64,000 bases of DNA, from assembly GCA_002104905.1 (NCBI GenBank), contig MCFE01000253.1, forward strand, positions 1 to 64,000, written 5' to 3'. A model generated the notes under the pieces. It ran no database searches, had not been told where the DNA came from, and saw only the letters and a list, made by a program, of their open reading frames with translations. This stretch comes from Basidiobolus meristosporus CBS 931.73 (Eukaryota > Fungi > Basidiobolomycota). The position numbers and the translations under genes were made by a program. Below, piece by piece: positions 50,391 to 62,000 of this stretch (position 1 is its first letter; every line of letters begins with the position of its first letter).

Positions 50391-51123
50391 ACTCAAGAAA
50401 GCAACCAACCATAGCACTTTCTACCACAGAGGCAGAGTATATGATGGCCTGTGAAGCTACAAAAGAAGCAATGTGGTTAAGAAAGCTGTTTACAGATTTA
50501 GGCCCATGTCAAAAAACACCTATTACTTTATTTCAAGATAATCAATGATGTATACAATTAGGTAGAAATCCAACTTTTCATGCTAGAACTAAGCACATAA
50601 AAATTAGACATCATTTCATATGTGAAGCTATAGAGAATAACTTAGTTAGCTTAGCTTACTGTCCTTCAGATGAAATGATTGCAGACATATTTACCAAACC
50701 ATTAGCAAGAGACAAGTTTGAATATCTTAGGTCAAAATTAGGGCTAGTTGATGTGAGCACTTAAGTGAGTGGGAGTGTTGTAAAATTTGTAATTCTACCT
50801 AAATACTCACTTAACTTAGTCACTTAGATCATTACCTTCAAATATTAGAGAAAACTGACCAAGTTCCTTGTTGGGATTTAATTAGAATATTTTCACCAAA
50901 ATATCAGGTACCCAGAACATTAAAATTCTCAAAGTTGCCCAAACAGTCCCAGACTTTGCACACATGTTTTTGGGATCTTCCTTGACCTATTCTACATGTT
51001 TGTAATGCCAAGACCACGTAACAGTATAAATACTGCTTTTACATTCAATAAATCATTAAGTGAAAACCACATAATCTACTTGTTCTCCCAATCACTTTCA
51101 ATATCTCCAAGACCCTTACAACA
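50391..51123 (+). mobile_element. Copia-A RNase H end, PPT and 3' LTR (50776-51123)
   Basis: Reverse complement of 41560-42300. Confidence 0.85.
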
Positions 51124-52460
51124 ATAAATCATTGAGTGAAAACCACATAATCTACTTGTCCTCCAAATCACTTCCAATATCTCCAAGACTCTTACAGCAG
51201 CTCTTGTCTTTAAAGGGTCTTGAGTATCTCCTTTGCTGGCTTTCATTGCCAATTAAAGAATTTACTTCTTCCTTCTTATTGGGGCTTGATGTTCTTAATT
51301 ACTTATCCATGAGCCTTTCATATTTAAGATTTAAGGTCAAATCTTCAGCTCAGGACTCTAGGGCTGCTACAAGGCCTTGAAGCTTGTCTGTCAGGCTATT
51401 CAGGATGGCAACTATCACATCCTCATCAGTAGTTGGTATATCCACAGATTCCATCTTATCCACCAGCAGGGTACTTCTGTTAATTGCGGTTTTATTTCTA
51501 CTCCTGACAGCATTGTTGTAGGAGGGGATTTTTGTCTAGGATGCATTTTCTTAGCATCTGAACATGACTAGTAGGTGTCTTCTAATGCCTTTCAGGCATT
51601 CTTTGCCATTTTTGCTCTTGATCCTTGAATTAGTAACTTGTCTTTGACATTAAGGCAAATGCAGTTAAAGGCACTTTGTTCTTTCTTCTGGCACTTTAAA
51701 GCTTCCTCTCCCATGTCTTTAGGAGGGCATTCTTCTCCCATGACAATATCCCAAAGGCCTCTTTGTTGTAGCAGCATCTTTATTTTCACCTTCCACACTT
51801 GGTAGCTGGATCCATCCAACTTTTCAGCATAGGGAAGAATTCAGTAATAGCAGTAGTAGACATTGCAGTGAGTGACAGCTAGGGGCTCATAACCAGCTGT
51901 AAGAGTCTTGGAGATATTGGAAGTGATAGGGAGAACAAGTAGAGTATGTGGTTTTCACTTAATGCTTTATTGAATGTAAAAGTAGCATTAATACTTTTGC
52001 ATCTTGTTGGCAAATCAAACACATGAAGAGTGCTTCAAAAGGTCACCTTCCACACTTGGTAGTTAGATCCATCCAGCTTTTCAGCAGAGGGAAAAACTCC
52101 AGTAATAGCAGTAGTACACATTGCAGAGAGTGACAGCTTGGGGCTCATAACCTGTTGTAAGAATCTTGGAGATATTGGAAGTGATTGGGAGAACAAGTAG
52201 ATAATGTGGTTTTTACTTGATGATTTATCAAATGCCAAAAAAGTAGTATTTATACTTTTGCATCTTGTTGGCAAATCACTCACATGAAGAGTACTTCAAA
52301 AGGTCACAAGAACATGTGTGCTAAGTTTGGGGCTGTTTGGACAACCTATCGAAATCTCATGCTCTAGGTGTCTGATACTTTGGTGAAGATACTCAAAGCA
52401 AGTCCCAACAAGGAATCTGGCCAGAATTCTGAAAGATCTGTAAGCAACAATGTGAGTGAC
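51124..52460 (-). mobile_element. Cluster of Copia-A LTR, PBS and gag-start fragments
   Basis: Duplicated LTR end at 51124-51199. Two gag starts (DGSSYQVWKVK, DGSNYQVWKV), each preceded by PBS-like GGTTATGAGCCC and LTR pieces. Confidence 0.8.
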
Positions 52461-52899
52461 CAGGTTGGATGGGTATTCAGGTGTAATCACCAAATTTGCA
52501 GCAAGGCTAACTGACACTCACACCAAACCTGGAAATAAGCAAGTCACCACTTCCACCAAGAGTTAAAACTAAAAGTCTGAATGAAAAACATCAGTCAAAT
52601 GGCCGGAAAATACCATCAGAATACCAGCAGAATATCCAGTTGGTTCCAAGGATGGGATTTTTCATGGGACTTCTTTCCAATAGTATTAGCATGACCACCT
52701 TTATACCTTGAAGCCACAGGATCTCAGCTGTTTAATGCTCAGCTGTTGGGATCCTTGGAGTGGAAATCTCCACTAAGCGTGCAGGTGATCAAGCTGAAGT
52801 GATTCCAAGAGTTGACCCCCCATCAACCTCCAGGCCCAGGCAAGACCGGTGGCAGATCTTGCTATATAGCTTCATAGAGTGGGCCACCTGGATCCTTGC

Positions 52900-54484
52900 A
52901 TACGGGATTGATTCAATTCTGGTCAAGTCATTAGCCAGCATGGGGGAGCATGTATTTTCGATGGGTTGGGGTGGATTTGGCCGCCAGAGATTTAGAGATG
53001 TTGGATGTGATTTGGAGTAGAAGCAGACGAAGTGACTTTCCCTCGATGATTGATTGAACGCCGTAGTGGGGCTTATACTTTCCCATGGCCTTGGCAACAA
53101 ACAGCGTGGAACATCCGCAGGAAGGTCCCGAGAGCATGTAGGCAAAGTTTGGGAGGGGGGGGCCCTTGGCCAACTATGGGGTTTTTTCATGTCTAGGGTG
53201 CCTGATATTTCGGCGAGACGTTCCAAGTAAACCCCGACGTGGGATTTGGGCAAGATACTCCAAGATTTGTGGACCATGATGCAAGCGACGAAGTCAGCGG
53301 AATATTTGGGTTCAAGTACGCGATTCACCACCAATATGACCGGTATGGCGCCAGGTGGTGATGCGGAAACCGGTCACTTTGTGTCACTTCCGGATGGTTG
53401 CTATGGTCTTCCGAAGATTTGCCAAGTGGGCATCTGCTGAGGGATCCCAGGAGTTTGGTTGGTGGGAACAGGCCCCATCTCTCCATCACCTGCCCTTGGT
53501 TTCCGGAGGCCCGTTCCAAGGCGGGCAAGATCACTTGTCGGGTAGGCAGTACGTATCGAGTAGATCCAGCCGACCGTTCTACTTCGAACAAGTGCCGGGG
53601 CAATGAGCACAGCCACGGTGGTATCCCTGGGGGGGGCGAGTGGATTTGAATCCAGAGGGACTGGGGGTGATATCTCTTATTCGAAGGGCCATTATCTGGT
53701 GAATACCCCCCCCCGCACACACACACACATTTTAGCATAGCACACTTAGCAATCACGTTTCAAATGCTGGCTCCACTCACCCCGGCACGAATCTCGACGG
53801 GAAGTTCAAAGGGTTAGTTCAGGCCACGCCAGATCCCAGCTTGATTCGACCCCGAGCACGTCGGCACGCCAACCACGTTCGGTCTGGCAGGGCGGGCGTG
53901 GTAATCACCAAGAGTGTGGGCGGGGTGACCGGGATCCAGGAACGACCGGGTGATTCCGAGGGAAGGGAGAGGGGATGGTTACTCGAAATGTACCCGTACC
54001 CGTGCCCGTGCCCGTACCCCTGGTAGCACCAATCTGTTCCGACGGGTGAACGAGTCTCCAGGGAGAGAAGGTGTACGAGTGATCGGACGCCAGGCCAATG
54101 GGTTTTCATCCGACCGACGCCGCCCAACAGGGACGATCTGGATTCCCTTGTTTGGCGGTCACCTAGCTGTGAATGGTAATGGGAGCAAGCGGACCATCCG
54201 AACTTCTTGACCTGGAGACCCTCGGGCGGGCCTCACGCTTATTGGCGTAGGCCGCAGTGCTTCGGGGGGAACCGTAACTTGGGGGATTGGGTGTGGTCCA
54301 GGGTGGGTAGTGAGGCATGCAACGGGGCACCAGGCGCCTTGATCTAGCGGGATCAAAGGTCGCCCACCACCCTTTCTACGGTAACCGATCGCCCATCCTC
54401 GTTGAAGCGAGGTGTGAACGCTTTGGCGAGGAGGAAATGAGGATATAGAGGTTTGGATACGAGTCGAGTGGTGAGGCGTAACAT
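52900..54484 (-). other. Unidentified CpG-rich locus, possibly a broken gene with a mitochondrial-type N-terminus
   Basis: ATG at 54484 gives MLRLTTRLVSKPLYPHFLLAKAFTPRF.. and stops after 43 aa. One intron-like GTGAGT..CACCAG segment lies at ~53700-53780. No family recognised. Confidence 0.3.
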
Positions 54485-54769
54485 GGATGGATTGACAGGT
54501 CAGATCTCCCTGCACCGCCCGCGCTATCCAGACCACGGGATGTAAATAGCAGATGGCGAGGGGAAATTCCCCGAATATATTAGTGTAGATAAGGTTCGTC
54601 GCGGACCAATCCGAGGGGAGATCGGGCCATGTTCATTTTACCCTTTCGGGAACGGGATGGGTGGATGGAAGGATTGGATGGCTGGGGTTGGTTGTACGCA
54701 TGGTTTATTAAATTTACAATTACATCGACCAGGAGGGGAAATTATTTACAACGCGACAGGCGGACCGGC

Positions 54770-55594
54770 TCAGAAGTGGGGGCCGAAGTTGGGCCTGTTG
54801 AGATCATGTGCACCGTTGGGCTCCTGGAGGGTTCGCAGTGGTGGCAGTTTGTAGAGATACTCCTCACGTGGGCTGATCTCGCCAAGCGGGGATGGTGTTG
54901 ATGTTGGTGAGGGGGATGGCAGTGGTAATGGCAGTGATAGTGGCAATGGTAGACTGAACGGATTCCCGTAGGGTGATACTGGGGTCAATGACCGGTTTCT
55001 GGGCGGCAAGGGTTGAACCTTGAATGCCTCCAAGGAAGGGAGAGTGACGATACCACTGGGGCATGAGTTGGATCTAGGGTGGAAATGATTAGCAGCGATG
55101 GCAGCAGAAGAGCCGGTCTCTGGTGGGGTCGCCGGAGGGGAGTCAAGGGCAAGGGAGCACTGAGGGGTGTCGGGGAATGAGGTTGGCTCGTAATGCCACA
55201 AAATCTGGGATGGTTTGGGCGCCTTGTAGTTTAGCTTCAGCACAGTGTAATCCCGCTTCCTCTTCTTATCCCTGCCCTCGTCCTCGCTCTGAGGATCCCG
55301 GGGGACGATGAGGGGCTCCAGCTTCTTCTTCTTGAGCGACTGGCGCCTGTTCTGGAACCAGATCTGAACGGTTCTTGGGTTCATCTCCAACTCTTGGGCC
55401 AGCTGCTCTTTGGCGGCGGTGTTGGGTCGGTTGTTGGTTTGGAAGTACTCTTCCAGGGCGGCGAGTTGCTCTTTGTTGGTTCGACGACGAGGCTTACGCT
55501 TGGGCTTCGCCGGCTTGGCCAAGGTGAACTCCTCGGCCCTTGTGTTGACCCAGGAGCTGATGGTGGTTGCGGTTGTGGTGTGTAGAGTAGTCAT
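54770..55594 (-). CDS. Homeodomain transcription factor (Yox1/Yhp1-like), intronless
   Basis: RKPRRRTNKEQLAALEEYF..P....KEQLAQELEMNPRTVQIWFQNRRQ. First ATG at 55594. Confidence 0.9.
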   Translation of the reverse strand: MTTLHTTTATTISSWVNTRAEEFTLAKPAKPKRKPRRRTNKEQLAALEEYFQTNNRPNTAAKEQLAQELEMNPRTVQIWFQNRRQSLKKKKLEPLIVPRDPQSEDEGRDKKRKRDYTVLKLNYKAPKPSQILWHYEPTSFPDTPQCSLALDSPPATPPETGSSAAIAANHFHPRSNSCPSGIVTLPSLEAFKVQPLPPRNRSLTPVSPYGNPFSLPLPLSLPLPLPSPSPTSTPSPLGEISPREEYLYKLPPLRTLQEPNGAHDLNRPNFGPHF

Positions 55595-55633
55595 GGCAGG
55601 AGGAAGTTGCTCAGCCAACCGGACGCCGCCCAG

Positions 55634-55641
55634 TATTTATA
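55634..55641 (-). promoter_or_regulatory. TATA box (TATAAATA) of the homeobox gene
   Basis: Canonical TATA sequence 40 nt upstream of the ATG. Confidence 0.55.
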
Positions 55642-56104
55642 GGCGTTCTCCAAACGTAAATCGAACTAAGGTGTGGGACGGAAAAGGGAATATAACATAA
55701 TGGGCCGTCGCGTAGAAAACGGCAATATGACCAAGAATCCAGGTCGACTGGAGGACGAACTACAGCTTATCGGGTGGATTGGCATAGAAGGGATTTGGAT
55801 AGATGCTACGACAGATTTGGTAGTGTTGTTTACGGATTGGGAAGGTCGGGACACTAATATGGCAGGAATGTTGTCTGATTCGGGGGCAATCTAACAAACC
55901 AGTATCCTTAGCAAGTAGCGGTGCAAATCACAGCTACCTGGGCTTGCTTAATCACTTGCCAAATGCTAAACCTAAAATTCAGACCAAAACGGGAAGGTTT
56001 ATTTCATAGAGCGCTCTAGGGTGGCAGGGTTAGGATGGTTGGGGATGGTTGGGGATGGGATATATGAGATAGTTCTAATATACAGGTGTTTACAAATAAG
56101 GTGG

Positions 56105-58514
56105 TCAGGCATTACTGAGATTGATCGACTGAAGAAGTTCCATAATATGCATTATTTTGGGAATCATATGTCTGTAGCGTTTGGTCACTATATCCTCAAT
56201 AAAGTATTCCGAGGTCTTCCCCTCAGGATCGATAGAGACCAGGGTCCGGCCATATTCTCTAACAAGGATCTTCTGGTGGTCATAGAAGTTGAACTGGACC
56301 GTATGGTTCGAGAGCAACAGCATCCTGGCGTGCTGGCTGTTGATCAGATCCCCGATCACGTGCAGCTTCCGGGTGTCAAACCTGATTTGCTCTACGGTCT
56401 CGCTGTTGCTGCGCAGATGGGTCTTCATGAAGCGGTAGCTCTCGACTATCCTCTTGAACTTGATCTTGAGCTCGGTGGTAGGGATCTTCTCGGGGGAGAA
56501 CTCGGTGACTTCCCCGGAGTTGTGATCCCGGTACTGGCAGGATCGTCGATCCGAAGAGAGGGTGATGCTGGTGTTGTCGAGGAAGTTGAGGCCGATGGCT
56601 TTGTCCCCGAATTGGTAGGCGAGCCCCACCTCGGGAAATCGGATGAATTTGCGCACGAAGACTGCGTCACTCGTGATGGGATTCTGGACGGGGGCTTCGT
56701 TAGCGATGTTGTCGATGCGACGAAGCTCGTAGTCGATCAAGGTGTTGCGGAGGTTCATAATGATCGGCTCTACAAAGGCTATCGATTGAATGTGAGTACG
56801 GACCGACAATGAATTGAGCCTGGTCAATGCAAGCTTACCTGGTCTATTGGTCGCGTATGTAACGTACGCGCTGGGCGATTCGCTTACCACGGGTGCAACT
56901 GGCGCTGCCAATTGGGGTGCTTGCTTCTCTGAAGGGTCGGATGGTTTGGCGGTACGTGAGCGACGAACTCGCTCATTGTTGAAGATGTCTCGAGTTGATT
57001 TGGGTCTCAGCTGGAATGGCTCCCTAGCTTTATTGACTGCCTCTGGCTTCGGTGCTGCGGGCTTGCTTGGCTCAGCACGCTTGGCTTGAGCGGTGGCATG
57101 GCCGGGTTCGGCATCGTCCGATGAATTGGAATCATCCATGCCAAGCGCTTTCATTTGAGCTACCAGGGGGTTGACCTTTGTGCGACGATTCAAATCCTCG
57201 CTCTGATACTCTTCTTGTAATTCTTCTTGGATCTTCGATCTCATCTTCTTCCGCTCTTCTTCGCGGGTAGGTGGCAGGTTTTGGGTAGCGGATGTTTCCA
57301 AGAAGAAGGGTAGCTGCAAGAGCTCCCTGAAGGTCAGTCGGGACTCGGGATTTCTGTTGAGACAGGCGCGGATCACCTCTTCTAGTTCTGGACTGCATGT
57401 AGCAGGGATTTGAAGCGGAGCAGAGGTGATGTTGCGTTCGACCTCCTTCAAACTAGATCCTTTCCAGGGGGCACGGGAGAACGCCATGATATAGACCATT
57501 ACTCCGAAGGACCATACATCAGCTTTGGTTCCGTGGCCAATCCTAGTGACAATCTCCGGCGCCACGTAGTTCGGGGTTCCGCATTTCGTCAGCCGACGCT
57601 CATTATCTTCACGAAGTTGTGCACAGAGGCCAAAAGTCGGCGATTCTGGGTGTCCAGTCTTGATCCAGGAGAACGTTGGCCAGCTTCAGATCTCGGTGAA
57701 TCACTTTCATCTTTTCGTGAAGATAGTTTAGCCCACTGGCGACCTCGCTCATTACCTTGCGGATCTTCCTTTCGGATATCGATCCCAGGCGATCGGTCCA
57801 ATCCTTAAGTGAGCCCCGGGGACAGAGTCCAATAAAGAGGTACAGGAACTCGGTATCTTCGTGTTGGTGGATGAATTCGACGATGTTGGGATGGGAAGAC
57901 TTTCGGGTGATAAGCATCTCATACTTGAGCCTTTCCAACACTTCTTGTCTTCGTATCGCACACTTGGCCATCACTTTGACGGCGCACTCTTTACCGGTGT
58001 TACGGTTGTACGCCTTGAACACTCTGCCGAATCCTCCCTTACCTAGGATCTCTCGGAGCTCCCACGTACCAGCACTGGTTTCAATGACGGAGGGTGGCTC
58101 TGGTAGGTCATCTTGTCGACTTGATTTGGCCGGCTCTTGCTGTTTTGGTTGCTGTGGGACATGCTGTTCTAGAAAGCGACGATAATCGTCTGCGCGGTGC
58201 TGGCGTGGATCAGGTACGGGTTGTGTGCGGGTCTTCGTGGCGGATTTGGGATACCTGTTTGGATCAGAGGAAGGAGTGGTGGATGGGTTGCCAGTCGGAT
58301 TGGCAACGGTTCTCTTTTGCGAGTAAGGAGAGGGAATGGCTTGAAGCTCATTAGTGTTGCGGGAAGCGAGCTGCTTCGTGGGCTCCACGCTGCACAGTGG
58401 AGTTGCAGTGGAAGTAGGACGTTTGTTCATCGTCCGCGGTCTCAATTGTCTAGCAGTTGGTTCAGGAACACGATTAACTGCGGGATATGCAAGCGTAGCT
58501 ACTGGTTGCGACAT
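56105..58514 (-). CDS. CDC5: Polo-like Ser/Thr kinase (Cdc5/Plk1 family), ~802 aa, intronless, with one extra base in the DFG codons (57632-57635)
   Basis: GKGGFG, AVK, HRDLKLAN, DF[G]..CGTPNYVAPE, KADVWSFG and two C-terminal Polo boxes (GLAYQF..GLNFLDNT; LSNHTVQFNFYDHQK). Removing one T joins the two ORFs. Confidence 0.88.
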
Positions 58515-59014
58515 AAATAGAAGAATCAACCGAAGGGTTCAGTAACGACAAGTGAGAAGGACAAAGGTTTGCTTATTTACACGGAAAGGGGCGTGAGGAA
58601 GTACAATATCTGAGAAGCAAGCTGGGAAGAAAGAGAGGTTAAACTACGGCAGCCGCGTGCATCAATGAGTAAAACACAGGGATTGAGAAGTTTGAGCTCC
58701 ACGAATCGGTAGCAATATTATTATAACAATTCTCGATCCAGACAACAATCAAGTTTGTTTTGAAGAGAAATGCTGGGGATGGGGTGGGCTTATTTCATCA
58801 AAACAAACCACCCTACATGATTGGTGGAGTACCATTCTCTTGCAAGGGCGGCCCATGAGTCATCTGTCCAATGGGCGGTGTAGACGGAGAGAAATTATCA
58901 TGAGAGTTGGTGGCCATGAAGATGAAAACAAATAAATGACGGATATGGTGTGCAACTTTTAATTGTGTGCATACAGAACTGTGATTGATTTATGGAACTT
59001 GATTGGAATTTGGT

Positions 59015-62000
59015 TTAACTGGTTGCGAGATTCCTTACATTCCAACCCATACTTCGAGCCCGATCGTGCTCGCCAAGGATTGAGCTCGATGGCTCATTTG
59101 TAGGACGTAGTAGATATTGCTCAGCCACTCGCTGGATATCCTCTGTGGTGACAGCTAACAGGTCTTTTCGACGTCTATACGCGGAATGTCAATCATTGAT
59201 CTAGGTAAGCTAGCGAGGTAATCTGTATGTAGTCCAACTGACCTCTGCCTCATGCCAGCGGAAATTCCAGTGATGAATCGTGTCAGCCCCTCTTCAGAGG
59301 CTCCTACCGGGGAATCGAGCCTTCCGAAGATAGCTAGTTTGGCTTCGGTTAATTCCTAGATCACATCACATTAGCGCACTACCTGGGAAAATCCCGCCAA
59401 ATAGAATCCACCTTTTCACCAAATCGGTGGCCTGTCGCATACAGCTTGGATTTTTCGATGGATTCCAGAGTGTGGAGTGGTGTGGGATCCCGGTATGAAA
59501 AGAAGGTGAACATCCCGAAACTGGCGTCATATTCTGCACCGCCATCGTAAGCGCCATTCTTTTCTCGGATCTCCCGATGGAGGAATTGTTGCGTCAACAG
59601 GTTCGCAAGTACCTGTGATGAAAGGTGAGTGATATGCTCGAAAACTGAAGGCCGATCTTCTTTTCCTACCGCAAGCTTAGCACTGTCTTCATGGGTGTAC
59701 GGTACGGCTTTGATACATTGAGCAACAAAGTTGGTGTTAAAAGAGAGCGGAATAAATGATTTGGCAGGTTGTAAACTAAAGGTAGGCTGGAGAAAGACGC
59801 GTGTTAGCTAAGCTTCGAAATGAAGAGAAGAAGTTGACGTTTACAGAAATTGCAGCTTTGCTACAGTTTGCATCCCTCTTGAGACCGCTTAAGAAGTTGG
59901 CAAGATACTTGCGGTGATGCTTGGACCCCTCTGGGGTTCCATTTATGGCAATGCGAATGGACTCCTTCTTGAATATGAATGATTGTATCGACTGCATATT
60001 TTGAACTGGTTAGGGATTGTGAGTAGGGTTCAGGTGAGCTTCAGGCATACTTTAAGTTTCTTCGCGACACTCTCTATAGTACTGATATTGTTCGCTAGCT
60101 TTCCTGCAAACTCCACCTGAGTAAGGCCGTTGGCAATCTCATTAAATTTCTTGATCCTGCGTTAGTGGAGCGTAGCACACGTCGGTAAAGTAATGGCACT
60201 TACCGCAGCCGAACTTAGGCTAGATGCTGCATAGGACTTGGCATAGACATGGCCGGAATATGGGACGGAGGCAAGCAAGGTGGAGGCATTCTAATGGAGC
60301 TGTTATGTTGGTACGCAAATAGAAACAACTACGTAGAGTAATTACACTTGATATCAGAGGTTCGAGTGCATCAACATTCTCGAAATCAGTCTCTTTGATG
60401 AGATAGAGGACCAGCTTGTACAGCTTGGGTATGTGTCGATCAAGAACATACGACGAGAGAGAAATTCCTTCTTCGAACTTGTCGATATCTTTGGAAAGAA
60501 GATCCACTAAGTCTGGGGCTTCTAAAAGGCGTATGCACCAGCAACATGAAGTTACCTGAATGATCGCAAGCAAGAAAATGAGCAAATGATATTCCCCCAG
60601 TATACAGCCGTATTTCCTGGTCGATCTCTGCCATTGTTCTGAACCTGGTACCCAGGAAAGTTAACGCCTAACGGATGGTAAGCATTCAATGGTTTCCATC
60701 AAGATAGCCCCATCACATACATCACAAAACAACGGAAGGTACGGTTTCAAGTCCTCAGGCAAATCGGGAAGTGGGCTGATTATGCGTAGGTACGAGATAC
60801 CATTCGCAGAGGTTGAACACCACTGAACCGGAACTCCGTCGATATCATCATGATCCAGGGGAGTTTCTTCACCATCTACTGGGATATCGGACAAGGATAA
60901 TGACGGGAGGCATGAAACGTCTGGACGTATGTAAGAGTATGAGCAAATTGCAATTCAATGATTGAATCGAACCTTCCACAATGTCCTGGTATCTGCGCAA
61001 TTCAAGTCCTCGCTGGAAAATCCTCGCTTTGTCTGGACCAGTCAATGACGAAGCGATCTTCTCCAGCCGTTGCCTTTCGTTAGCAAGGAGCTGATTCGTA
61101 TAGTTGACATCAGGTTGCATGACGAAGGTTAGTCTATGTGGGTTCTTGAGTAAGTACTTTTCGATCTTCGACCGGAAGAAGCCTCCTTTAAGGGACAGTT
61201 GTTTGATTCGCTTGAGATTCTAATATCGAGTCAGTGAATTTCTCTTGATTGTGGCATTCATGAAGCCTCACTGACTTGATCAATTTCCAACTCGTCTATC
61301 GGATTCCTGCCATGAAACCAACTAGCGGATAGCGTTTGTAGAAGCGCCAGTCCAAAATTCCCAGTTTTCTTATATCGAGTCTGGATATCAGTTCGGAGAT
61401 TCGATGCAAGTCTGATGTCTCTCTTACGTTTTTACTGCCCAGCTCAACTGGGTGAAGGATCGAGTCTATCCTGTTTCTGCTAAACCCTTTCCCATGGGCG
61501 CGCTCAAGCACCATCTGAATGGAGTTTTCAACCTGTATTCGGATAAATTAGATGAAGATGGGCCGTACCGAGTGGCGTTACTTATCAGTACCAGATCAAT
61601 GTCATGATAGCGAACTCCCTGTAGTCCAGCACTGAAGGAGCTCGTCCTTGAAATCGGGATGGTTACGGATCGACAAGAGTTATAGACGTTGACATTGTTT
61701 AACGTACTTTGTGGTTGTATTGTATCCTACATTGGTGGAGTATTCTGTGCCAAGGTCGGAGTCGATCAGTGCCTGGTGCATAGGCGAGGCAGGGCCGTCC
61801 AAAAGCAAGGCGGACAGAATTTTCATGCTGAAATGGTCAAATGCACTCTTCAGCCAGTTAGAAACGGGATAATGGAACTCAGTGCCAAAAAAAGCTTACT
61901 GGAAAGTCGTCGATTAGATACGACATCGATAGTTTGATTTGTCTGTTTGGGTTTCCTACTAGATGGATCCATGTTAGTTGCAACATCGGCATACAAGCGA

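Noticed and set aside
1-52500. Canonical Neurospora-type CpA->TpA RIP
   Set aside because: CA and TG remain abundant and the visible paired changes are at CpG. This was judged by eye; RIP indices were not computed.
53706-54020. C-run, (CA)n and GTACCC/GTGCCC hexamer repeats
   Set aside because: Ordinary short microsatellites, probably intronic.
53900-54484. Ferrochelatase or enoyl-CoA hydratase identity for the unknown locus (TAKQG, RLVHP)
   Set aside because: Only 3-5 residue matches, with wrong spacing and intervening stops.
56021-56812. 263-aa plus-strand ORF and other overlapping ORFs in 54600-58550
   Set aside because: These are antisense or alternative-frame shadows of the GC-rich kinase and homeobox genes.
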